The notes under the pieces are model-generated. The model searched no databases and was not told the origin of the DNA. It worked only from the letters and a program-made list of their open reading frames with translations. The position numbers and the translations under genes were made by a program. A stretch of 64,000 nucleotides of DNA from Neoechinorhynchus agilis (Eukaryota; Animalia; Acanthocephala). Of the stretch, positions 11,971 to 26,900 are shown piece by piece. The stretch's first letter is position 1. Each line of letters starts with the position of its first letter. The stretch spans positions 16,656,784 through 16,720,783 of the forward strand of contig CM121341.1 of NCBI GenBank assembly GCA_051530055.1. The letters are read 5' to 3'.

Positions 11971-14900
11971 AGAACACCGAAAGTTTTATCTCTTTGAAGA
12001 AGCGCACGCGTTATTTTCTGCAAAAACAATAAATGCCATTATGCATTACAGATGATGTATACGACAGAGCGATGATGAATTCGACAAGTACTGAAACAAA
12101 CCCATAGCCGAATTCTTTATCTATATGAAGAAGCACACATTGAATACTGCGAAAAACGATTAAAGCATAAAGGATGATGTATACGACAACGAGAGGATGA
12201 ATACGATCAACAATAAAACAAATCCAACGCTTTAAAGTATAACTTCTCTTTGAAAACGCATACGAAATTTTGCGAGCACACTGAAAGCTTTCTGAAATAT
12301 GTTTAAAGGGTGATGAATATTACGAAAAACTGACGATGAATAAAACGAATACTGAAAAAAATAGATCGCCGAAAGTTTTATCTCTTTGAAGAAGCGCAAG
12401 CGTTAATTTCTGCGAAAACAATAAATGCCTTTATGTATTACAGATGATGTATACGACAGAGCGATGATGAAATCGACAAGTACTGAAACAAACCCAAAGC
12501 CGAATTCTTTATCTATATGAAGAAACACACATTGAATTCTGCGAAAAACGATTAACGCATAAAGGATGATGTATACGACAACGAGAGGTTGAATACGATC
12601 AACAATAAAACAAATCCAACGCTTTAAAGTATAAGTCCTCTGGGAAAACGCATACGAAATTTTGAAAGCACACTGAAAGCTTTCTGAAATATATTTAAAG
12701 GGTGATGAATATTACGAAAAACCGACGATGAATAAAACGAATACTGAAAAAAATAGAACGTTGAAAGCTTTATCTCTTTCAAAAAGCGCACAATAAATTC
12801 TGCGAGAAACGATTAACGCCTAAAGGATGATGTATACGACAACGATAGGATGAATACGATCAACAATAAAACAAATCCAACGCTTTAAAGTATAACTTCT
12901 GTGGGAAAACGCATACGAAATTTTGCGAGCACACTGAAAGCTTTCTGAAATATGTGTAAAGGGTGATGAATATTACGAAAAACCGACGATGAATAAAACG
13001 AATACTGAAAAAAATAGATCGCCGAAAGTTTTATCTCTTTGAAGAAGCGCAAGCGTTAATTTCTGCGAAAACAATAAATGCCTTTATGTATTACAGATGA
13101 TGTATACGACAGAGCGATGATGAAATCGACAAGTACTGAAACAAACCAAAAGCCGAATTCGTTATCTATATGAAGAAGCACACATTGAATTCTGCGAAAA
13201 ACGATTAACGCATAAAGGATGATGTATACGACAACGAGAGGATGAATACGATCAACAATAAAACAAATCTAACGCTTTAAAATATAAGTCCTCTGGGAAA
13301 CGCATACGAAATTTTGCGAGCACACTGAAAGCTTTCTGAAATATGTTTAAAGGGTGATGAATATTACGAAAAACTGACGACCAATAAAACGAATACTGAA
13401 AAAAGTAGAACGTTGAAAGCATTATCTCTTTAAAAAACCGCACATTGAATTCTGCGAGAAACGACTAACGCCTAAAGGATGATGTATACGACAACGAGAG
13501 GATGAATTCGATCAACAATAAAACAAATCTAACGCTTTAAAATATAAGTCCTCCGGGAAAACGCATACGAAATTTTGCGAGCACACTGAAAGCTTTCTGA
13601 AATATGTTTAAAGGGTGATGAATATTACGAAAAACTGACGACCAATAAAACGAATACTGAAAAAAGTAGAACGTTGAAAGTTTTATCTCTTTCAAAAAGC
13701 GCACATTGAATTCTGCGAGAAACGATTAACGCCTAAACAATGATGTATACGACAACGAGAGGATGAATACGATCAACAATAAAACAAATCCAACGCTTTA
13801 AAGTATAACTTCTCTTTGAAAACGCATACGAAATTTTGCGAGCACACTGAAAGCTTTCTGAAATATGTTTATAGGGTGATGAATATTACGAAAAACTGAC
13901 GATGAATAAAACGAATACTAAAAAAATAGATCGCCGAAAGCTTTATCTCTTTGAAGAAGCGCACGCGCTAATTTCTGCGCAAACAATAAATGCCATCATG
14001 TATTACAGATGATGTATACAACAGAGCGATGATGAATTCGACAAGTACTGAAACAAACCCAAAGCCGAATTCTTTATCTATATGAAGAAGCACACATTGA
14101 ATTCTGCGAAAAACGATTAACGCATAAAGGATGATGTATACGACAACGAGAGGATGAATACGATCAACAATAAAACAAATCCAACGCTTTAAAGTATAAG
14201 TCCTCCGGGAAAACGCATACGAAATTTTGCGAGCACACTGAAAGCTTTCTGAAATATGTTTAAAGGGTGATGAATATTACGAAAAACCGACGATGAATAA
14301 AACGAATACTGAAAAAAGTAGAACGTTGAAAGCTTTATCTCTTTCAAAAAGCGCACATTGAATTCTGCGAGAAACGATTAACGCCTGAAGGATTATGTAT
14401 ACGAAAACGAGAGGATGAATACGATCAACAATAAAACAAATCCAACGCTTTGAAGTATAAGTCCTCTGGGAAAACGCATACGAAATTTTGCCAGCACACT
14501 GAAAGCTTTCTGAAATATGTTTAAAGGGTGATGAATATTGCGAAAAACCGACGATGAATAAAACGAATACTGAAAAAAATAGAACACCGAAAGTTTTATC
14601 TCTGTGAAGAAGCGCACGCGTTATTTTCTGCAAAAACAATAAATGCCATTATGCATTACAGATGATGTATACGACAGAGCGATGATGAATTCGACAAGTA
14701 CTGAAACAAACCCATAGCCGAATTCTTTATCTATATGAAGAAGCGCACATTGAATTCTGCGAGAAACGATTAACGCCTGAAGGATGATGTATACGACAAC
14801 GAGAGGATGAATACGATCAACAATAAAACAAATCCAACGCTTTAAAGTATAACTTCTCTTTGAAAACGCATACGAAATTTTGCGAGCACACTGAAAGCTT

Positions 14901-17900
14901 TCTGAAATATGTTTAAAGGGTGATGAATATTACGAAAAACTGACGATGAATAAAACGAATACTGAAAAAAATAGATCGCCGAAAGTTTTATCTCTTTGAA
15001 GAAGCGCAAGCGTTAATTTCGGCGAAAACAATAAATGCCTTTATGTATTACAGATGATGTATACGACAGAGCGATGATGAAATCGACAAGTACTGAAACA
15101 AACCAAAAGCCGAATTCTTTATCTATATGAAGAAGCACACATTGAATTGTGCGAAAAACGATTAACGCATAAAGGATGATGTATACGACAACGAGAGGAT
15201 GAATACGATCAACAATAAAACAAATCCAACGCTTTAAAGTATAAGTCTTCTGGGAAAACGCATACGAATTTTTGCGAGCACACTGAAAGCTTTCTGAAAT
15301 ATGTTTAAAGGGTGATGAATATTACGAAAAACCGACGATGAATAAAACGAATACTGAAAAAAGTAGAACGTTGAAAGCTTTATCTCTTTCAAAAAGTGCA
15401 CATTGAATTCTGCGAGAAACGATTAACGCCTGAAGGATGATGTATACGACAACGAGAGGATGAATACGATCAACAATAAAACAAATCCAACGCTTTAAAG
15501 TATAACTTCTCGTTGAAAACGCATACGAAATTTTGCGAGCACACTGAAAGCTTTCTGAAATATTTTTAAAGGGTGATGAATTTTACGAAAAACTGACGAT
15601 GAATAAAACGAATACTGAAAAAATAGATCGCCGAAAGTTTTATCTCTTTGAAGAAGCGCAAGCGTTAATTTCTGCGAAAACAATAAATGCCTTTATGTAT
15701 TACAGATGATGTATACAACAGAGCGATGATGAAATCGACAAGTACTGAAACAAACCCAAAGCCGAATTCTTTATCTATATGAAGAAGCGCACATTGAATT
15801 CTGCGAGAAACGATTAACGCATAAAGGATGATGTATACGACAACGAGAGGATGAATACGATAACAATAAAACAAATCCAACGCTTTAAAGTATAAGTCCT
15901 CCGGGAAAACGCATACGAAATTTTGCGAGCACACTGAAAGCTTTCTGAAATATGTTTAAAGGGTGATGAATATTACGAAAAACCGACGATGAATAAAACG
16001 AATACTGAAAAAAATAGATCGCCGAAAGTTTTATCTCTTTGAAGAAGCGCAAGCGTTAATTTCTGCGAAAACAATAAATGCCTTTATGTATTACAGATGA
16101 TGTATACGACAGAGCGATGATGAATTCGACAAGTACTGAAACAAACCCAAAGCCGAATTCTTTATCTATATGAAGAAGCACACATTGAATTCTGCGAAAA
16201 ACGATTAACGCATAAAGGATGATGTATACGACAACGAGAGGATGAATACGATCAACAATAAAACAAATCCAACGCTTTAAAGTATAAGTCCTCTGGGAAA
16301 ACGCATACGAATTTTTGCGAGCACACTGAAAGCTTTCTGAAATATGTTTAAAGGGTGATGAATATTACGAAAAACCGACGATGAATAAAACGAATACTGA
16401 AAAAAGTAGAACGTTGAAAGCTTTATCTCTTTCAAAAAGCGCACATTGAATTCTGCGAGAAACGATTAACGCCTAAAGGATGATGTATACGACAACGAGA
16501 GGATGAATACGATCAACAATAAAACAAATCCAACGCTTTAAAGTAAACTTCTCTTTGAAAACGCATACGAAATTTTGCGAGCACACTGAAAGCTTTCTGA
16601 AATATGTTTAAAGGGTGATGAATTTTACGAAAAACTGACGATGAATAAAACGAATACTGAAAAAATAGATCGCCGAAAGTTTTATCTCTTTGAAGAAGCG
16701 CAAGCGTTAATTTCTGCGAAAACAATAAATGCCTTTATGTATTACAGATGATGTATACGACAGAGCGATGATGAATTCGACAAGTACTGAAACAAACCCA
16801 AAGCCGAATTCTTTATCTATATGAAGAAGCACACATTGAATTCTGCGAAAAACGATTAACGCATAAAGGATGATGTATACGACAACGAGAGGATGAATAC
16901 GATCAACAATAAAACAAATCCAACGCTTTAAAGTATAAGTCCTCCGGGAAAACGCATACGAATTTTTGCGAGCACACTGAAAGCTTTCTGAAATATGTTT
17001 AAAGGGTGATGAATATTACGAAAAACCGACGATGAATAAAACGAATACTGAAAAAAGTAGAACGTTGAAAGCTTTATCTCTTTCAAAAAGCGCACATTGA
17101 ATTCTGCGAGAAACGATTAACGCCTGAAGGATTATGTATACGACAACGAGAGGATGAATACGATCAACAATAAAACAAATCCAACGCTTTGAAGTATAAG
17201 TCCTCTGGGAAAACGCATACGAAATTTTGCCAGCACACTGAAAGCTTTCTGAAATATGTTTAAAGGGTGATGAATATTACGAAAAACCGACGATGAATAA
17301 AACGAATACTGAAAAAAATAGAACACCGAAAGTTTTATCTCTGTGAAGAAGCGCACGCGTTATTTTCTGCAAAAACAATAAATGCCATTATGCATTACAG
17401 ATGATGTATACGACAGAGCGATGATGAATTCGACAAGTACTGAAACAAACCCATAGCCGAATTCTTTATCTATATGAAGAAGCGCACATTGAATTCTGCG
17501 AGAAACGATTAACGCCTGAAGGATGATGTATACGACAACGAGAGGATGAATACGATCAACAATAAAACAAATCCAACGCTTTAAAGTATAACTTCTCTTT
17601 GAAAACGCATACGAAATTTTGCGAGCACACTGAAAGCTTTCTGAAATATGTTTAAAGGGTGATGAATATTACGAAAAACTGACGATGAATAAAACGAATA
17701 CTGAAAAAATAGAACGCCGAAAGTTTTATCTCTTTGAAGAAGCGCACGCGTTATTTTCTGCAAAAACAATAAATGCCATTATGCATTACAGATGATGTAT
17801 ACGACAGAGCGATGATGAATTCGACAAGTACTGAAACAAACCCAAAGCCGAATTCTTTATCTATATGAAGAAGCGCACATTGAATTCTGCGAGAAACGAT

Positions 17901-20900
17901 TAACGCCTGAAGGATGATGTATACGACAACGAGAGGATGAATACGATCAACAATAAAACAAATCCAACGCTTTAAAGTATAACTTCTCTTTGAAAACGCA
18001 TACGAAATTTTGCGAGCACACTGAAAGCTTTCTGAAATATGTTTAAAGGGTGATGAATATTACGAAAAACTGACGATGAATAAAACGAATACTGAAAAAA
18101 GTAGAACGCCGAAAGCTTTATCTCTTTGAAGAAGCGCACGCGTTATTTCTGCAAAACAATAAATGCCTTATGATTACAGATGATGTATACGACAGAGCGA
18201 TGATGAATTCGACAAGTACTGAAACAAACCCAAAGCCGAATTCTTTATCTATATGAAGAAGCACACATTGAATTCTGCGAGAAACGATTAACGCCTAAAG
18301 GATGATGTATACGACAACGAGAGGATGAATACGATCAACAATAAAACAAATCCAACGCTTTAAAGTATAACTTCTCTTTGAAAACGCATACGAAATTTTG
18401 CGAGCACACTGAAAGCTTTCTGAAATATGTTTAAAGGGTGATGAATATTACGAAAAACTGACGATGAATAAAACGAATACTGAAAAAAGTAGAACGTTGA
18501 AAGCTTTATCTCTTTCAAAAAGCGCACATTGAATTCTGCGAGAAACGATTAACGCATAAAGGATGATGTATACGACAACGAGAGGATGAATACGATCAAC
18601 AATAAAACAAATCCAACGCTTTAAAGTATAAGTCCTCTGGGAAAACGCATACGAAATTTTGCGAGCACACTGAAAGCTTTCTGAAATATGTTTAAAGGGT
18701 GATGAATATTACGAAAAACCGACGATGAATAAAACGAATACTGAAAAAAATAGATCGCCGAAAGTTTTATCTCTTTGAAGAAGCGCAAGCGTTAATTTCT
18801 GCGAAAACAATAAATGCCTTTATGTATTACAGATGATGTATACGACAGAGCGATGATGAATTCGACAAGTACTGAAACAAACCCAAAGCCGAATTCTTTA
18901 TCTATATGAAGAAGCACACATTGAATTCTGCGAAAAACGATTAACGCATAAAGGATGATGTATACGACAACGAGAGGATGAATACGATCAACAATAAAAC
19001 AAATCCAACGCTTTAAAGTATAAGTCCTCCGGGAAAACGCATACGAATTTTTGCGAGCACACTGAAAGCTTTCTGAAATATGTTTAAAGGGTGATGAATA
19101 TTACGAAAAACCGACGATGAATAAAACGAATACTGAAAGTAGAACGTTGAAAGCTTTATCTCTTTCAAAAAGCGCACATTGAATTCTGCGAGAAACGATT
19201 AACGCCTAAAGGATGATGTATACGACAACGAGAGGATGAATACGATCAACAATAAAACAAATCCAACGCTTTAAAGTAAACTTCTCTTTGAAAACGCATA
19301 CGAAATTTTGCGAGCACACTGAAAGCTTTCTGAAATATGTTTAAAGGGTGATGAATTTTACGAAAAACTGACGATGAATAAAACGAATACTGAAAAAATA
19401 GATCGCCGAAAGTTTTATCTCTTTGAAGAAGCGCAAGCGTTAATTTCTGCGAAAACAATAAATGCCTTTATGTATTACAGATGATGTATACGACAGAGCG
19501 ATGATGAATTCGACAAGTACTGAAACAAACCCAAAGCCGAATTCTTTATCTATATGAAGAAGCACACATTGAATTCTGCGAAAAACGATTAACGCATAAA
19601 GGATGATGTATACGACAACGAGAGGATGAATACGATCAACAATAAAACAAATCCAACGCTTTAAAGTATAAGTCCTCCGGGAAAACGCATACGAATTTTT
19701 GCGAGCACACTGAAAGCTTTCTGAAATATGTTTAAAGGGTGATGAATATTACGAAAAACCGACGATGAATAAAACGAATACTGAAAAAAGTAGAACGTTG
19801 AAAGCTTTATCTCTTTCAAAAAGCGCACATTGAATTCTGCGAGAAACGATTAACGCCTGAAGGATTATGTATACGACAACGAGAGGATGAATACGATCAA
19901 CAATAAAACAAATCCAACGCTTTGAAGTATAAGTCCTCTGGGAAAACGCATACGAAATTTTGCCAGCACACTGAAAGCTTTCTGAAATATGTTTAAAGGG
20001 TGATGAATATTACGAAAAACCGACGATGAATAAAACGAATACTGAAAAAAATAGAACACCGAAAGTTTTATCTCTGTGAAGAAGCGCACGCGTTATTTTC
20101 TGCAAAAACAATAAATGCCATTATGCATTACAGATGATGTATACGACAGAGCGATGATGAATTCGACAAGTACTGAAACAAACCCATAGCCGAATTCTTT
20201 ATCTATATGAAGAAGCGCACATTGAATTCTGCGAGAAACGATTAACGCCTGAAGGATGATGTATACGACAACGAGAGGATGAATACGATCAACAATAAAA
20301 CAAATCCAACGCTTTAAAGTATAACTTCTCTTTGAAAACGCATACGAAATTTTGCGAGCACACTGAAAGCTTTCTGAAATATGTTTAAAGGGTGATGAAT
20401 ATTACGAAAAACTGACGATGAATAAAACGAATACTGAAAAAAATAGATCGCCGAAAGTTTTATCTCTTTGAAGAAGCGCACGCGTTATTTTCTGCAAAAA
20501 CAATAAATGCCATTATGCATTACAGATGATGTATACGACAGAGCGATGATGAATTCGACAAGTACTGAAACAAACCCAAAGCCGAATTCTTTATCTATAT
20601 GAAGAAGCGCACATTGAATTCTGCGAGAAACGATTAACGCATAAAGGATGATGTATACGACAACGAGAGGATGAATACGATCAACAATAAAACAAATCCA
20701 ACGCTTTAAAGTATAACTTCTCTTTGAAAACGCATACGAAATTTTGCGAGCACACTGAAAGCTTTCTGAAATATGTTTAAAGGGTGATGAATATTACGAA
20801 AAACTGACGATGAATAAAACGAATACTGAAAAAAGTAGAACGTTGAAAGCTTTATCTCTTTCAAAAAGCGCACATTGAATTCTGCGAGAAACGATTAACG

Positions 20901-23900
20901 CCTAAAGGATGATGTATACGACAACGAGAGGATGAATACGATCAACAATAAAACAAATCCAACGCTTTGAAGTATAACTTCTCTTTGAAAACGCATACGA
21001 AATTTTGCGAGCACACTGAAAGCTTTCTGAAATATGTTTAAAGGGTGATGAATATTACGAAAAACTGACGATGAATAAAACGAATACTGAAAAAATAGAT
21101 CGCCGAAAGTTTTATCTCTTTGAAGAAGCGCACGCGTTAATTTCTGCGAAAAACGATTAACGCATAAAGGATGATATACGACAACGAGAGGATGAATACA
21201 TCAACAATAAAACAAATCCAACGCTTTAAAGTATAAGTCCTCCGGGAAAACGCATACGAAATTTTGCGAGCACACTGAAAGCTTTCTGAAATATGTTTAA
21301 AGGGTGATGAATATTACGAAAAACCGACGATGAATAAAACGAATACTGAAAAAAGTAGAACGTTGAAAGCTTTATCTCTTTCAAAAAGCGCACATTGAAT
21401 TCTGCGAGAAACGATTAACGCCTGAAGGATTATGTATACGACAACGAGAGGATGAATACGATCAACAATAAAACAAATCCAACGCTTTGAAGTATAAGTC
21501 CTCTGGGAAAACGCATACGAAATTTTGCCAGCACACTGAAAGCTTTCTGAAATATGTTAAAGGGTGATGAATATTACGAAAAACCGACGATGAATAAAAC
21601 GAATACTGAAAATAGAACACCGAAAGTTTTATCTCTGTGAAGAAGCGCACGCTATTGCAAAAACAATAAATGCCATTATGCATTACAGATGATGTATACG
21701 ACAGAGCGATGATGAATTCGACAAGTACTGAAACAAACCCATAGCCGAATTCTTTATCTATATGAAGAAGCGCATTGAATTCTGCGAGAAACGATTAACG
21801 CCTGAAGGATGATGTATACGACAACGAGAGGATGAATACGATCAACAATAAAACAAATCCAACGCTTTAAAGTATAACTTCTCTTTGAAAACGCATACGA
21901 AATTTTGCGAGCACACTGAAAGCTTTCTGAAATATGTTTAAAGGGTGATGAATATTACGAAAAACTGACGATGAATAAAACGAATACTGAAAAAAATAGA
22001 TCGCCGAAAGTTTTATCTCTTTGAAGAAGCGCAAGCGTTAATTTCTGCGAAAACAATAAATGCCTTTATGTATTACAGATGATGTATACGACAGAGCGAT
22101 GATGAAATCGACAAGTACTGAAACAAACCAAAAGCCGAATTCTTTATCTATATGAAGAAGCACACATTGAATTCTGCGAAAAACGATTAACGCATAAAGG
22201 ATGATGTATACGACAACGAGAGGATGAATACGATCAACAATAAAACAAATCCAACGCTTTAAAGTATAAGTCCTCTGGGAAAACGCATACGAATTTTTGC
22301 GAGCACACTGAAAGCTTTCTGAAATATGTTTAAAGGGTGATGAATATTACGAAAAACCGACGATGAATAAAACGAATACTGAAAAAAGTAGAACGTTGAA
22401 AGCTTTATCTCTTTCAAAAAGCGCACATTGAATTCTGCGAGAAACGATTAACGCCTGAAGGATGATGTATACGACAACGAGAGGATGAATACGATCAACA
22501 ATAAAACAAATCCAACGCTTTAAAGTATAACTTCTCGTTGAAAACGCATACGAAATTTTGCGAGCACACTGAAAGCTTTCTGAAATATGTTTAAAGGGTG
22601 ATGAATTTTACGAAAAACTGACGATGAATAAAACGAATACTGAAAAAATAGATCGCCGAAAGTTTTATCTCTTTGAAGAAGCGCAAGCGTTAATTTCTGC
22701 GAAAACAATAAATGCCTTTATGTATTACAGATGATGTATACAACAGAGCGATGATGAAATCGACAAGTACTGAAACAAACCCAAAGCCGAATTCTTTATC
22801 TATATGAAGAAGCACACATTGAATTCTGCGAAAACGATTAACGCATAAAGGATGATGTATACGACAACGAGAGGATGAATACGATCAACAATAAAACAAA
22901 TCCAACGCTTTAAAGTATAAGTCTTCCGGCAAAACGCATACGAATTTTTGCGAGCACACTGAAAGCTTTCTGAAATATGTTTAAAGGGTGATGAATATTA
23001 CGAAAAACCGACGATGAATAAAACGAATACTGAAAAAAGTAGAACGTTGAAAGCTTTATCTCTTTCAAAAAGCGCACATTGAATTCTGCGAGAAACGATT
23101 AACGCCTGAAGGATTATGTATACGACAACGAGAGGATGAATACGATCAACAATAAAACAAATCCAACGCTTTGAAGTATAAGTCCTCTGGAAAACGCATA
23201 CGAAATTTTGCCAGCACACTGAAAGCTTTCTGAAATATGTTTAAAGGGTGATGAATATTGCGAAAAACCGACGATGAATAAAACGAATACTGAAAAAAAT
23301 AGAACACCGAAAGTTTTATTCTGTGAAGAAGCGCACGCGTTATTTTCTGCAAAAACAATAAATGCCATTATGCATTACAGATGATGTATACGACAGAGCG
23401 ATGATGAATTCGACAAGTACTGAAACAAACCCAAAGCCGAATTCTTTATCTATATGAAGAAGCGCACATTGAATTCTGCGAGAAACGATTAACGCCTGAA
23501 GGATGATGTATACGACAACGAGAGGATGAATACGATCAACAATAAAACAAATCCAACGCTTTAAAGTATAACTTCTCTTTGAAAACGCATACGAAATTTT
23601 GCGAGCACACTGAAAGCTTTCTGAAATATGTTTAAAGGGTGATGAATATTACGAAAAACTGACGATGAATAAAACGAATACTGAAAAAATAGATCGCCGA
23701 AAGCTTTATCTCTTTGAAGAAGCGCAAGCGTTAATTTCTGCGAAAACAATAAATGCCTTTATGTATTACAGATGATGTATACGACAGAGCGATGATGAAT
23801 TCGACAAGTACTGAAACAAACCCAAAGCCGAATTCTTTATCTATATGAAGAAGCACACATTGAATTCTGCGAAAAACGATTAACGCATAAAGGATGATGT

Positions 23901-26900
23901 ATACGACAACGAGAGGATGAATACGATCAACAATAAAACAAATCCAACGCTTTAAAGTATAAGTTCTCTGGGAAAACGCATACGAAATTTTGCGAGCACA
24001 CTGAAAGCTTTCTGAAATATGTTTAAAGGGTGATGAATATTACGAAAAACTGACGATGAATAAAACGAATACTGAAAAAAATAGAACGCCGAAAGTTTTA
24101 TCTCTTTGAAGAAGCGCACGCGTTATTTTCTGCAAAAACAATAAATGCCTTTATGTATTACAGATGATGTATACGACAGAGCGATGATGAATTCGACAAG
24201 TACTGAAACAAACCCAAAGCCGAATTCTTTATCTATATGAAGAAGCACACATTGAATTCTGCGAAAAACGATTAACGCATAAAGGATGATGTATACGACA
24301 ACGAGAGGATGAATACGATCAACAATAAAACAAATCCAACGCTTTAAAGTATAAGTCCTCTGGGAAAACGCATACGAAATTTTGCGAGCACACTGAAAGC
24401 TTTCTGAAATATGTTTAAAGGGTGATGAATATTACGAAAAACCGACGATGAATAAAACGAATACTGAAAAAAGTAGAACGTTGAAAGCTTTATCTCTTTC
24501 AAAAAGCGCACATTGAATTCTGCGAGAAACGATTAACGCCTAAAGGATGATGTATACGACAACGAGAGGATGAATACGATCAACAATAAAACAAATCCAA
24601 CGCTTTAAAGTAAACTTCTCTTTGAAAACGCATACGAAATTTTGCGAGCACACTGAAAGCTTTCTGAAATATGTTTAAAGGGTGATGAATTTTACGAAAA
24701 ACTGACGATGAATAAAACGAATACTGAAAAAATAGATCGCCGAAAGTTTTATCTCTTTGAAGAAGCGCAAGCGTTAATTTCTGCGAAAACAATAAATGCC
24801 TTTATGTATTACAGATGATGTATACGACAGAGCGATGATGAATTCGACAAGTACTGAAACAAACCCAAAGCCGAATTCTTTATCTATATGAAGAAGCACA
24901 CATTGAATTCTGCGAAAAACGATTAACGCATAAAGGATGATGTATACGACAACGAGAGGATGAATACGATCAACAATAAAACAAATCCAACGCTTTAAAG
25001 TATAAGTCTTCCGGCAAAACGCATACGAATTTTTGCGAGCACACTGAAAGCTTTCTGAAATATGTTTAAAGGGTGATGAATATTACGAAAAACCGACGAT
25101 GAATAAAACGAATACTGAAAAAAGTAGAACGTTGAAAGCTTTATCTCTTTCAAAAAGCGCACATTGAATTCTGCGAGAAACGATTAACGCCTGAAGGATT
25201 ATGTATACGACAACGAGAGGATGAATACGATCAACAATAAAACAAATCCAACGCTTTGAAGTATAAGTCCTCTGGGAAAACGCATACGAAATTTTGCCAG
25301 CACACTGAAAGCTTTCTGAAATATGTTTAAAGGGTGATGAATATTACGAAAAACCGACGATGAATAAAACGAATACTGAAAAAAATAGAACACCGAAAGT
25401 TTTATCTCTGTGAAGAAGCGCACGCGTTATTTTCTGCAAAAACAATAAATGCCATTATGCATTACAGATGATGTATACGACAGAGCGATGATGAATTCGA
25501 CAAGTACTGAAACAAACCCAAAGCCGAATTCTTTATCTATATGAAGAAGCGCACATTGAATTCTGCGAGAAACGATTAACGCCTGAAGGATGATGTATAC
25601 GACAACGAGAGGATGAATACGATCAACAATAAAACAAATCCAACGCTTTAAAGTATAACTTCTCTTTGAAAACGCATACGAAATTTTGCGAGCACACTGA
25701 AAGCTTTCTGAAATATGTTTAAAGGGTGATGAATATTACGAAAAACTAACGATGAATAAAACGAATACTGAAAAAATAGATCGCCGAAAGCTTTATCTCT
25801 TTGAAGAAGCGCACGCGTTATTTTCTGCAAAAACAATAAATGCCATTATGCATTACAGATGATGTATACGACAGAGCGATGATGAATTCGACAAGTACTG
25901 AAACAAACCCAAAGCCGAATTCTTTATCTATATGAAGAAGCACACATTGAATTCTGCGAAAAACGATTAACGCATAAAGGATGATGTATACGACAACGAG
26001 AGGATGAATACGATCAACAATAAAACAAATCCAACGCTTTAAAGTATAAGTTCTCTGGGAAAACGCATACGAAATTTTGCGAGCACACTGAAAGCTTTCT
26101 GAAATATGTTTAAAGGGTGATGAATATTACGAAAAACTGACGATGAATAAAACGAATACTGAAAAAAATAGAACACCGAAAGTTTTATCTCTTTGAAGAA
26201 GCGCACGCGTTATTTTCTGCAAAAACAATAAATGCCATTATGCATTACAGATGATGTATACGACAGAGCGATGATGAATTCGACAAGTACTGAAACAAAC
26301 CCATAGCCGAATTCTTTATCTATATGAAGAAGCGCACATTGAATTCTGCGAGAAACGATTAACGCATAAAGGATGATGTATACGACAACGAGAGGATGAA
26401 TACGATAACAATAAAACAAATCCAACGCTTTAAAGTATAAGTCCTCTGGGAAAACGCATACGAAATTTTGCGAGCACACTGAAAGCTTTCTGAAATATGT
26501 TTAAAGGGTGATGAATATTACGAAAAACTGACGATGAATAAAACGAATACTGAAAAAAATAGATCGCCGAAAGTTTTATCTCTTTGAAGAAGCGCAAGCG
26601 TTAATTTCTGCGAAAACAATAAATGCCTTTATGTATTACAGATGATGTATACGACAGAGCGATGATGAATTCGACAAGTACTGAAACAAACCCAAAGCCG
26701 AATTCTTTATCTATATGAAGAAGCACACATTGAATTCTGCGAAAAACGATTAACGCATAAAGGATGATGTATACGACAACGAGAGGATGAATACGATCAA
26801 CAATAAAACAAATCCAACGCTTTAAAGTATAAGTCCTCCGGGAAAACGCATACGAAATTTTGCGAGCACACTGAAAGCTTTCTGAAATATGTTTAAAGGG

